In this document: positions 1 to 8,296 of the stretch, one piece after another
Layout: the number at the start of each line of letters is the position of its first letter
Numbering within the stretch: the stretch's first letter is position 1
Source: an uncultured archaeon
GTDB lineage: Archaea; Thermoplasmatota; Penumbrarchaeia; JASLWR01
Reading direction: 5' to 3'
Length of the DNA: 15,464 bases
Assembly (NCBI GenBank): GCA_964342815.1
Contig: CAYFHS010000050.1
Location: 1-15,464, forward strand
Notes under the pieces: generated by a model
Told to the model about the DNA's origin: nothing
Seen by the model: the letters and a program-made list of their open reading frames with translations, nothing else
Database searches by the model: none
Position numbers and translations under genes: made by a program

Positions 1-2
1 CC

Positions 3-1919
3 AGGATCACCTGGGAAGTCGAGGATTATTCTCCTCAAATACTATTCGATGCGTACATGAAAGATAAGAACAGAATTGAGATATCACCAGATTCGGCTGA
101 TAAGACGGGTCTTGGTAAGATTAAATTTAAGATTAGCGACAATGAGGATGGTGTGAATTACAAAAATATTACAGTGGAGATCATTAACGCTTCCACGCGA
201 CCCGCCATTACCATTGAGTTAATATCTCCGGGTAACGGGACCATAGTGGGAAATTCCACGACCAATCTCACATGGACTGTTGGAGATTTTGATGGGACAT
301 TATCATATGAAGTATATTTTGGAGATTCCATATCGAAAATGTCGCTTTTACCCGGGAGCATGGGCGAAGCATTTGTTGAGGTCTCTGATCTTTTGAACGC
401 CACGACCTATTACTGGAAGGTTATAGCGAGAATAGATGGAATTCCTGGAATCTATGAAAGCGCAATATATAATTTCGAGGTCCAGATGGGCTTTACCGAA
501 GAGCACAGGGTGGAAATAAATTTTATACTCGATACGGTAGAGGTAAAACGAGGTGAATCGGTTGTTGTCGATCTAACCCTCAAGAATCTTGGGAACGTAC
601 CGGAAAAAATTTATCTTGATGTGATTGGCGAGCTAGCGGGATCGGTGAGCAAAGATGATACGGTCGAATTGAAAGTAGGCGGGGAAGAGACCATCAAAAT
701 TAAGATATTCGCAGAATTGAAAATGGAAATGAAGAGCTATAATCTTACCATTAAAGCCAGTTTTGAAGATGGCGAATCCGTTGCATGGATTAATGTGAAA
801 GTGGTCGAGGAAGGAAACTCAGTTCCCCAGGATAACAAGGCAAAAAGCTGGACCCTGTATATCATTGCCGTTGTTCTTTTCCTGACCATCGTAGTGATCT
901 TGATATTACTGATCCTGCGAAGAAAGAAGAAAAAGGAAGACGATGCCGAAACCATCGAAGCTGAGATCGAAGGACGGTCACGCTCAGGAATAACAAAAGC
1001 TGATCTAGATATGCTGGCCATCGGAGGAACCCCACATCCGGGAGCAGCACCTTTCCAGGGTCGGCTTAGCTATAACCTGCCTGGACAGCAGCAGACGACC
1101 TACCAGCACAAGCCGCTTGCCCCTGCACCCAAGGTCATATTGCCGCAGATGAAGGTTACTGGTGCGGTCAAGGAACAACCCAAGGCTTTACCCCAGTCTA
1201 CCGGCGGTCCGCCCGCACAGCCTGTGATCTCGAAGCCCATTCCCACCGTTGCCCTACCGCAAAAACCGGAAAAAGCCGCTGGTACCGGACCGGTGGTTCC
1301 CGCACTTCCCATGGTCGGGTCCCTACCAACTGCTCCAATAACTCCGTCGGTAACGGTCACCCCATCGGTCCCTGTGCCCACCAAACCGGTTCCATCAAAA
1401 CTTCCCCCGGACACTCCATTTATACCAGCTCCCGCACCGATTCCTCCTGAATCTACAGCACCTCCACCACCTACTACAGAGCCACCCCTGCCACCACCCG
1501 CTCCATTCGCACCTGATGAAAGTGGAATAAAACTCTCACATGATTCAGTAAAGAATGCTTCCATTTTTAGAATCGACGAGCCTATGCCCTGTTCGATCTG
1601 TTACGGGGAGATCAGCAGCGGATTACAGGCTTCAAGATGTTCCTGTGGAAATATCTCACATCTGTCCTGTGGGATAAAGATAGGAAAATGTCCCGAATGC
1701 AATGTGGATTATCAGGGCATGATCAATACAGTTAGCCAGGAAGCCATCATTCAGAGCGTGGAGGACAGCCAGAAGACGGCAAAGAGAGAAGTGACAGTTA
1801 ATGTGGAATGGGATGAGAAAGGAGATTTGATGAAAGGATTGTTGAAGCAATTACTTAACAAGGAAATCACAATGGAAGAATACAAGATGGTTTCGAAAGA
1901 TATCAAGGAGACGTTTTAA
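3..1919 (+). CDS. 5'-truncated single-pass membrane-anchored surface protein: Ig/FN3/CARDB-like ectodomains, TM helix, Pro-rich cytoplasmic linker, C4HC3 RING/PHD-like zinc finger, SHOCT-like C-terminus
   Basis: The frame is open from position 3 (RITWEVEDYSPQILFDAY) into the ATG at 57, so the true start lies upstream of the window. FN3-like segment LISPGNG..LTW..TTYYWKV; CARDB-like LTLKNLGNVPE; hydrophobic WTLYIIAVVLFLTIVVILILLIL (849-917) followed by RRKKKK; CSIC-x12-CSC-x4-HLSC-x6-CPEC at 1590-1700. Confidence 0.85.
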   Translation, partial: RITWEVEDYSPQILFDAYMKDKNRIEISPDSADKTGLGKIKFKISDNEDGVNYKNITVEIINASTRPAITIELISPGNGTIVGNSTTNLTWTVGDFDGTLSYEVYFGDSISKMSLLPGSMGEAFVEVSDLLNATTYYWKVIARIDGIPGIYESAIYNFEVQMGFTEEHRVEINFILDTVEVKRGESVVVDLTLKNLGNVPEKIYLDVIGELAGSVSKDDTVELKVGGEETIKIKIFAELKMEMKSYNLTIKASFEDGESVAWINVKVVEEGNSVPQDNKAKSWTLYIIAVVLFLTIVVILILLILRRKKKKEDDAETIEAEIEGRSRSGITKADLDMLAIGGTPHPGAAPFQGRLSYNLPGQQQTTYQHKPLAPAPKVILPQMKVTGAVKEQPKALPQSTGGPPAQPVISKPIPTVALPQKPEKAAGTGPVVPALPMVGSLPTAPITPSVTVTPSVPVPTKPVPSKLPPDTPFIPAPAPIPPESTAPPPPTTEPPLPPPAPFAPDESGIKLSHDSVKNASIFRIDEPMPCSICYGEISSGLQASRCSCGNISHLSCGIKIGKCPECNVDYQGMINTVSQEAIIQSVEDSQKTAKREVTVNVEWDEKGDLMKGLLKQLLNKEITMEEYKMVSKDIKETF

Positions 1920-2015
1920 TAAAAACCATTTTTCAAGCAGAAAACACACTCTGACAATTGAAACAGAGATAGGTTCCGTCACATTTCAGCCGAAACCGAC
2001 CACTAACTAAAAAGT

Positions 2016-2038
2016 GAGGATTGAAAAGATCAATCCTC
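2016..2038 (-). terminator. Perfect 9-bp stem hairpin followed by a T-tract on the minus strand; candidate terminator of the zinc-ribbon gene
   Basis: GAGGATTGA-AAAGA-TCAATCCTC. On the minus strand it is followed by ACTTTTT (2015-2009). It lies between convergent stops at 1919 (+) and 2085 (-). Confidence 0.5.
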
Positions 2039-2084
2039 GAAGTTTCATCATTTTCCGGTTAATATATTCAAAATTATTTTGGGT

Positions 2085-2246
2085 TTAAGTAGGAATGAAC
2101 TTTCTGCGAATCGTCCATTTATTGCTACGGCGGGTAACAATCTTAGGGGGGATGGATATTCTGAGCTCCCTTGGAAGCTCGGCCTCGCAGAAGAAACAGA
2201 ATTTCGTGTTTTTCAGATTATCCATGTGGCATTTTTGGCAGTTCAT
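2085..2246 (-). CDS. 53-aa zinc-ribbon microprotein with basic C-terminal tail (below the ORF-track cut-off)
   Basis: Manual translation: MNCQKCHMDNLKNTKFCFFCEAELPRELRISIPPKIVTRRSNKWTIRRKFIPT*. CxxC-x10-CxxC with the N..KFC..C...L pattern of zinc_ribbon_2/DZR-type ribbons. GGAG 9 nt upstream of the ATG, TATA-like box about 40 nt upstream, hairpin plus T-tract downstream. Confidence 0.8.
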   Translation of the reverse strand: MNCQKCHMDNLKNTKFCFFCEAELPRELRISIPPKIVTRRSNKWTIRRKFIPT

Positions 2247-2281
2247 TTGGTACAACTCCTTTACGATGTTGCATTGTTATA

Positions 2282-2299
2282 GTAAATATATAAATTTAC
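2282..2299 (-). promoter_or_regulatory. TATA box (TTTATATA, minus strand 2294-2287) inside a GTAAAT-N6-ATTTAC inverted repeat; promoter of the zinc-ribbon gene
   Basis: Plus-strand sequence GTAAATATATAAATTTAC. The spacing puts a start site near 2263-2266, just upstream of the GGAG site at 2259-2256. Confidence 0.55.
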
Positions 2300-2550
2300 A
2301 AGTATATATAATTTGTAGTACAATCATAGAAGTGTTTCGTCCGGTAAAGTTCATTTTCTCAATATTTTTAAGCAGAGTAGTTGCTATTGTGAGCTCGAAG
2401 TACATTTATTAGAATTATCCACGAACCTGTCATTTGAGGATTTGAGTATCCCGGAACAACCAAAGTCGATTCCGGAATCAAGCTTCTCGTTTTGAAGGAT
2501 GGATCGGAAAAATAAATGGGTTTGCTGATTTTCAAATTTTCAATTTTACG

Positions 2551-2566
2551 GAAATTTATTTATATC
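2551..2566 (+). promoter_or_regulatory. Putative BRE/TATA promoter of marR
   Basis: GAAATTTATTTATATC, about 55-70 nt upstream of the GTG at 2621. Confidence 0.45.
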
Positions 2567-2575
2567 ATCGAATAT

Positions 2576-2604
2576 TTAGGTTACCTAACTATTAGCTATC
2601 CTAA
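2576..2604. promoter_or_regulatory. Tandem palindromic operator, two TTAG-N5-CTAA sites; probable MarR binding site
   Basis: TTAGGTTACCTAA (2576-2588, perfect 6-1-6 inverted repeat) and TTAGCTATCCTAA (2592-2604), 16 bp apart, between the TATA box and the marR ribosome-binding site. Confidence 0.6.
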
Positions 2605-2620
2605 GTTATACGGTGATCAT

Positions 2621-3073
2621 GTGACCGATGAACCCATTTGCTCGAAAGAACTGGCAGAGCGTATGATAACTGTGACGCATCTGTTTGCCCACGCAGTAAA
2701 AAACAGACTGCCCCCTCACGAGATGTGTATTGCTCCGAATCAACTTCATATATTAAAGATGGTCTCCCACGGGCCAATGACCATAAGCGATCTGGCCCGG
2801 GCACATCACGTAAGTACACCCACGATGTCGAGCATCATTGACAAGCTTGAAAAGAAAGAACTGGTAAATCGTGAAAGATCTACAGAGGACCGGAGGGTTG
2901 TCCACGCGGGTATAACTCAAAATGGTGAAGTTCTGATGTCCAAGATGTTTACACGATTCATCAAGGAAGTTTCCACCATCCTTGATCCCATGCTGCCCGA
3001 GGACAAAAAAATGGTCATGAAAGGATTTGATGTACTCCACAAGGCCATTTCCGAAGCATTATCCACAGATTGA
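2621..3073 (+). CDS. MarR-family winged-helix transcriptional regulator (150 aa)
   Basis: QLHILKMV..GPMTISDLA..HHVSTPTMSSIIDKLEKKELVNRERSTEDRRVV contains the MarR wHTH and DRR motif. Start reassigned from 2516 to the in-frame GTG at 2621, which has GGTGA at 2612-2616 and gives a typical MarR length. Confidence 0.92.
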   Translation: MTDEPICSKELAERMITVTHLFAHAVKNRLPPHEMCIAPNQLHILKMVSHGPMTISDLARAHHVSTPTMSSIIDKLEKKELVNRERSTEDRRVVHAGITQNGEVLMSKMFTRFIKEVSTILDPMLPEDKKMVMKGFDVLHKAISEALSTD

Positions 3074-3159
3074 CCACAACGCTACACCATCAATTATGAT
3101 ACATTGACTGGAATTACATAGACAAAAACACACGACAGACAAAGAATTAGGTGAAATAA

Positions 3160-5730
3160 ATGATTACCGAATATACGGGAAAAATAGTCTCCAACCATCC
3201 AAAAATTACAATCATAGCGGTAGTTCTAGCCACGGTTATTGCCATACTATTCATTGGCTTTAAGGGGATCCAATCGGATTATTCCGAAGATTCCTTTATG
3301 ACCGAAACCGACGAAAGCAGAGCCCTCGACGAGATCCAGACCGAATATTCCAGAGGAACAAACAGTATTTCAATAGTGGTAAAATCCAAGGGTTCGGACC
3401 TCTTGACCGCCGATGCTCTCGCCGAGATTCTCGTTATTGAGCAGAAATTGGCCGCGGACCCGGTGGTAATACTGGCGCTTGCAACACATGAAATGCCGGA
3501 ACACAGCTTCAATTCAATAGCCGATATGATCTCCCAGATGCTTCTGATCTCCGATAATATCTCATCACCAACAATGGCACAGAAGATCGAGGTTCTCCAG
3601 AACGCCCCAAATTCCAAGATCAAGGACATTCTTAAGGAGACTTTCAATTCCGAAATGACGCCCCCCGAGATAAAAGGCGCCATATCCATGATGCTAACCA
3701 AAGATTTCGATCCCGCCAGCGGTCATTTCTCAGCAAAGGGCTCCTTGATAGTTGTAAACCTTAACAGTACCGGTACGGTAGCGGGACACGGCGCCGAAGA
3801 CAACGAATTCACCGATGCCGAAAGGAAAATGGATGAGATCGTAGAGGGAACGACCCTTAAAGCGACTGAAATGACCGTGATGGGTCAGACCTTAATGAGC
3901 GATGAGATAATGGAAGCCAGCGTCATTTCTACCATGATACTCATTCCCACCGCCTTTTTCCTCATCATTGTGATACTGGCACTGATATACCGAAATATTT
4001 TCGATATGATCATCAGCCTTCTAGCCCTGGGTTTCGCAATCATATGGGTCTATGGATTCGGGTCGGCCATGGACTTCACCTTCAATCCCATGACAGTTAT
4101 AATTCCGGTGCTCATCATCGGCCTGGGAATCGATTACGGCATTCACATAACCATGCGTTATAGAGAAGAGCTGGATAAAGGAACCGACATCCACAATGCA
4201 ATTCGAAAGACCATCAAGTTCGTGGGAATGGCCCTTTTTCTAACGACATTGACAACGGTGATCGCTTTCATGTCCAATCTATCATCACCCATGGAATTGC
4301 TGGGGGAATTCGGAGTGCTCAGTGCGCTGGGTATAGTATCAAGCTTCATCATTATGGTAACTTTTGTCCCTGCTTCCAAACAGGCACGAGACCTGCGCAG
4401 GTTGGGAAATGAAAACGAAAAAGCCGGCCCATCACCGCGGTCCAGGAAGAAGTCGGGACTCACGCTCTTCGACAGAATTCTGGGGGCTGGCGCCATCGGG
4501 GCCGAACATCATCCCGTTATTGTCATTTTGATAGTTCTGGGTATCAGCTCCGGCGCTTTTGTGGGTGCATTGAACGTGAGGACAAGCTTCGACTTCAATG
4601 ATTTTCTACCGGACGGGCTGGATATCACCGAAGATATAAATTTTTTGATGAATGAATTCGAAATGCCCAATATAGAGGGTGAAAGCGTTTTCGTCCTGGT
4701 AAAAAGCGATGTAACAGACCCTCAATTGCTTGCCAGACTGGATGAATCGATCGGGAACATGAAAGATGATACCACAGTAATTGTGAATAGCGATAAACCA
4801 AAGGTTCAATCGATACTATCCTTCATGTCTGATTGGGCGACAAATGAAACTAAGGCCGGAGTTCCCGATATGTTCTACTCCCCGGAATTCGAAGCAATGT
4901 ACGAAAACATTATGACCAAAAACGGCGTGCCCCGAACAAATGCAAGCAAATCTGAGATCACAATCCTGTATGATTGGCTGTACGCGAATCCCAATTCCAC
5001 GGATTCGGTAAAAACAATTCTCCACTTCACTCCGGGAGTGGGTTATGACGGTACAATACTTGAGATATCCGTTACGGTGGAACAGACCAGCGACGATAAC
5101 ATCGCCGAAATGGAAGAGGAATTGGGGGAAGACATCAAACCCCTGGCCGGACTCGCAGATTACGCTATTTTAACAGGAAATACGGTGGTCATAAAGAACA
5201 TGCGTGACACCATGTATTCAAGTCTTATATGGTCCCTGGGTATCACGCTGATCGTTTGTTTCGTTATTCTTACCCTCATTTTTTGGTTGCAGTGGAGATC
5301 CTTTGCCCTCGGCATCATTACCCTGATACCAATAATTCTGTGCGTCATATGGATCCTGGGTACCATGTATGTTCTCGACATTTCGCTCAATGTCATGACC
5401 TTGATGGTGACCTCACTTACAATCGGACTTGGAATCGATTATGGAATACATATAACGTCCAGGTTCCTTGAGGACCTGAAACGGTTCGATGAGGTCGACA
5501 AGGCCATCAAGAGCACCGTTGGCCACACGGGAACGGCTCTCTTCGGGACCACCATAACCACGGTAGCAGGATTCGGTATATTAGTATTCGCCACCTTGCC
5601 CCCTCTTCAGCAGTTCGGTGGAATAACCGCCCTGACCATCCTTTTCAGTTTTCTCTCGTCGGTTTTCATATTACCTACCTTCCTGGTTGTGTGGACAAAG
5701 TTCAAAAATAGAAAACAAATGTTTGGTTGA
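3160..5730 (+). CDS. MMPL/RND-superfamily transporter (archaeal HAE3-like), 856 aa
   Basis: Two-fold internal repeat of TM1, large extracytoplasmic loop and 5 TMs. GLGIDYGIH occurs twice (4120-4146, 5425-5451), matching the RND/MmpL acidic proton-relay helices. AGGTGA lies upstream of the ATG. Confidence 0.92.
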   Translation: MITEYTGKIVSNHPKITIIAVVLATVIAILFIGFKGIQSDYSEDSFMTETDESRALDEIQTEYSRGTNSISIVVKSKGSDLLTADALAEILVIEQKLAADPVVILALATHEMPEHSFNSIADMISQMLLISDNISSPTMAQKIEVLQNAPNSKIKDILKETFNSEMTPPEIKGAISMMLTKDFDPASGHFSAKGSLIVVNLNSTGTVAGHGAEDNEFTDAERKMDEIVEGTTLKATEMTVMGQTLMSDEIMEASVISTMILIPTAFFLIIVILALIYRNIFDMIISLLALGFAIIWVYGFGSAMDFTFNPMTVIIPVLIIGLGIDYGIHITMRYREELDKGTDIHNAIRKTIKFVGMALFLTTLTTVIAFMSNLSSPMELLGEFGVLSALGIVSSFIIMVTFVPASKQARDLRRLGNENEKAGPSPRSRKKSGLTLFDRILGAGAIGAEHHPVIVILIVLGISSGAFVGALNVRTSFDFNDFLPDGLDITEDINFLMNEFEMPNIEGESVFVLVKSDVTDPQLLARLDESIGNMKDDTTVIVNSDKPKVQSILSFMSDWATNETKAGVPDMFYSPEFEAMYENIMTKNGVPRTNASKSEITILYDWLYANPNSTDSVKTILHFTPGVGYDGTILEISVTVEQTSDDNIAEMEEELGEDIKPLAGLADYAILTGNTVVIKNMRDTMYSSLIWSLGITLIVCFVILTLIFWLQWRSFALGIITLIPIILCVIWILGTMYVLDISLNVMTLMVTSLTIGLGIDYGIHITSRFLEDLKRFDEVDKAIKSTVGHTGTALFGTTITTVAGFGILVFATLPPLQQFGGITALTILFSFLSSVFILPTFLVVWTKFKNRKQMFG

Positions 5731-5896
5731 GCTAACCGGAAATGTCGAAGGAATTGGATGAGTAAACTAAAAACATAGGTATGCCTCACTGCTTTCGGAA
5801 TTGCAGAATCTTTGCTGCGCTAAAGAATAATTCCAGGAAAAAGGATTATTACAATCAAATCCCATCAGGCATACTATATCTAACACGGTGAAATCA

Positions 5897-6679
5897 ATGC
5901 CTCCCATCGGTATTCATTTTCTGATTAATTTTGCTGTCGCCGGAGCTGTTACCTATATACTGCGCTCAAAAACTTCAAAGAGCGTTCTCGCAGCCATTTC
6001 TTACGGCCTGATTTTCGGCTCAGTAATACCCGATACCGACCTCATTGTCTCATGTTTATCTTTTCTCGTTACCTTCAACACCTCTGCGGGAAAACTGATC
6101 CATCGAACCCTTACTCATTCCGTTTTCTTGACAATACCGCTAATTCTAGTGGGTCTCATAGGATTACTTCTGCTCGCCCGGAAACAGGAATACGAAAAAG
6201 TTCCGAAAAAATTCAGTTTCAAGAATCGTAAATACCTCTACACCTTCATTTTGGCTCTGGGAGCCGGAATGGCGATACACGCTGCTCTCGACCTATTCTA
6301 TCTCGTCGGCCTCAAGGCGCTCTTCCCCCTGTCCACCGCCGAATTCCTTATAGGTCCGTTAAGGAAGGAAAACCTGTCAACGCCACTGAACAATCTCATA
6401 AACGGGATCGATTTCATGACCGATACGCTCTATTTCATGCTCGTTTTCTACCTAGCAAACCGATATCGAACGAGCTTTAAGAAAAAAAGATATTTACCCT
6501 ATCTCTCTGCCATCAACCTCATCATCTTCATACCCCTGACCCTAATCTTTTTTGCGAGCGCCACATACGACGGTTTCATCATCATTACATACATACCTGG
6601 CGTGATTTTTATAGTCATCTCCACCCTCTGGGTGCCTTTGTACTTTAAAAATACTTTCGATAGATTCGGTAGTAGATAA
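5897..6679 (+). CDS. YdjM-like membrane-bound metal-dependent hydrolase
   Basis: N-terminal His (GIHF), PDTD, HRTLTHS and HAALD motifs in a polytopic hydrophobic protein. ATG 5897 is preferred over GTG 5888 because GGTGA (5887-5891) sits 5 nt before it. Confidence 0.82.
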   Translation: MPPIGIHFLINFAVAGAVTYILRSKTSKSVLAAISYGLIFGSVIPDTDLIVSCLSFLVTFNTSAGKLIHRTLTHSVFLTIPLILVGLIGLLLLARKQEYEKVPKKFSFKNRKYLYTFILALGAGMAIHAALDLFYLVGLKALFPLSTAEFLIGPLRKENLSTPLNNLINGIDFMTDTLYFMLVFYLANRYRTSFKKKRYLPYLSAINLIIFIPLTLIFFASATYDGFIIITYIPGVIFIVISTLWVPLYFKNTFDRFGSR

Positions 6680-6778
6680 GAGTTCGTTGGGTAAAATGTG
6701 CGCTTCTGCTCCAATAATTGGCCAAAATCAATAAGTGAGTGGGCGCGGTTCAGGTAAGGTTGCAGGAGACAAGAAAAA

Positions 6779-8257
6779 ATGATTTCAGTACCGAAAAAGA
6801 TATTCCTGCTCGTACTGGTCCTTATACTTTCAATACCCATGTCGATGCAGCTCAGCACAGGTGAAAGCGATACCACACCCTTGCGGATACACCTGAGCTG
6901 GGAGGGAGATCCACGTACTGAAATAACCGTGATGTGGGAGACAGCGGGGGCGGCGGATTCCTTGGTCGAATACGGATCGGACAATAGCTACGGCTACTCG
7001 ACGCAGGGTGCAAGGAGCAAACCTAGATGGGCAAGCGGACACATTCATCAGGTAAAGCTTGCAGGATTGACCCCTGATACGGAATATCATTACAGGTGTG
7101 GATCATCTGAGTATTGGAGTGGAGATTTCACTTTCAGGACAGCACCCGAGGGAGCGAAGGACTTCAGTTTCATCGTCATGGGCGATTCCAGAAATCCCAG
7201 TGACAACAATGACGATCTGAACGGATGGGAGATGGTCGTGCAGGCCATTGGTGACGACATCCGTGAGAATGAAGGTAAATACGGATTCATGCATTTTCTG
7301 GGGGATAACATATACAATCCTAACCAGCAATTAGTATGGGAGAAATGGTTCGACATATTGAGCATAGTATCAAGGGAAACCGTATTTATGGAATCCATCG
7401 GCAACCACGAATATGATTATTACACTTCAGAGGTCGTACCGAATTACTTCGGGCAGTTCGCCTTTCCGGGAAACGAACTTTGGTATTCATATAATTATTG
7501 TAACGCGCATATCATCAGTCTGGATACTGAAAGTGATTATTCCCCCCACAGCCCCCAGTACAGATGGCTGCTGGACGATCTGGAGCAGGTCTCGAGTGAT
7601 GACGATAATAAATGGATAATCGTGACATTTCACCGGCCTCCGTTCACCTCCGGGGGAAAGGGTACCGAGGATATAAGAGAATATCTCTGTCCCCTTTTCG
7701 ATCAATACGGGGTGGATCTGGTACTCGCCGGTCACATGCACGTGTACGAGCGTTTTTATCCTCTGGACCAGACGGGAAAAGTTATGGACTACAACAGCTC
7801 ATTTTATGATGACCCACCCGTTCCTATTTACATTGTGGACGGATGTGCCGGGGCTCCGCAGTATTCTTCGTATCCCAAAGATTGGACTGCATACATGGAG
7901 AAAGAGTTCGGATATTCAAGGATATCCATATCCCACCAGGGGACACTCCATTTCGAGCATCTTCGGGTAGAGGGGGGACAGAGATCGGTGGTGGACGATT
8001 TTATTATTTCAAAGGAAGATGCTAGGTACCGGATCGAAGATAATAAAAGCACTGAGAACAAAACAACTATTTCGGGTACCGTTATCCTTGTGGCTGCAAT
8101 TGTAATAGTAATAATCGGGATCGTTTGTTTTGTGCTATGGTTTTCCATGAGAGATCGGGACCGTGAAAATAATTCTATGGAGATTAATGAAAGCTCGGTT
8201 GTTACTTTAAACCCGGGGGCTGAAAAACCTGCAACGAGGGAGGGCAAAGTAAAATAA
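6779..8257 (+). CDS. Secreted, C-terminally anchored purple-acid-phosphatase-family metallophosphoesterase with N-terminal FN3-like domain
   Basis: Signal peptide MISVPKKIFLLVLVLILSIP; PAP N-domain (IHLSW..ITVMWET..VEYG..HQVKLAGLTPDTEYHYRCG); metal motifs GDSR, GDNIY, GNHE, VTFH, GHMH; C-terminal TM VILVAAIVIVIIGIVCFVLWF. Confidence 0.9.
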   Translation: MISVPKKIFLLVLVLILSIPMSMQLSTGESDTTPLRIHLSWEGDPRTEITVMWETAGAADSLVEYGSDNSYGYSTQGARSKPRWASGHIHQVKLAGLTPDTEYHYRCGSSEYWSGDFTFRTAPEGAKDFSFIVMGDSRNPSDNNDDLNGWEMVVQAIGDDIRENEGKYGFMHFLGDNIYNPNQQLVWEKWFDILSIVSRETVFMESIGNHEYDYYTSEVVPNYFGQFAFPGNELWYSYNYCNAHIISLDTESDYSPHSPQYRWLLDDLEQVSSDDDNKWIIVTFHRPPFTSGGKGTEDIREYLCPLFDQYGVDLVLAGHMHVYERFYPLDQTGKVMDYNSSFYDDPPVPIYIVDGCAGAPQYSSYPKDWTAYMEKEFGYSRISISHQGTLHFEHLRVEGGQRSVVDDFIISKEDARYRIEDNKSTENKTTISGTVILVAAIVIVIIGIVCFVLWFSMRDRDRENNSMEINESSVVTLNPGAEKPATREGKVK

Positions 8258-8296
8258 TTATTTTAACTTACTGGTCTTCAATCCTATGTTTACCGC

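Noticed and set aside
57-59. ATG 57 as the start of the first gene
   Set aside because: The frame is open to the window edge and there is no signal peptide after this Met, so the gene starts upstream.
1100-1564. 154-aa Gly-rich minus-strand ORF
   Set aside because: Antisense shadow of the Pro-rich linker; CCN codons read as GGN on the other strand.
2079-2412. Plus-strand ORFs of 67 and 105 aa
   Set aside because: No recognisable motif or RBS. They overlap the better-supported minus-strand zinc-ribbon gene and its AT-rich promoter.
2468-2479. Perfect 12-bp palindrome GATTCCGGAATC
   Set aside because: Single copy, not positioned at a TATA box or gene end; plausible by chance in 15 kb.
2516-2620. 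35-aa N-terminal extension of MarR in the ORF track
   Set aside because: It runs through the TATA box and operator. GTG 2621 has a GGTGA RBS and gives a normal MarR size.
3147-3159. TTAGGTGAAATAA as a third MarR operator at the MMPL start
   Set aside because: One mismatch to TTAG-N5-CTAA and largely explained by the AGGTGA ribosome-binding site; too weak without binding data.
6499-6984. 161-aa minus-strand ORF
   Set aside because: Overlaps two well-supported plus-strand genes and has no motif.
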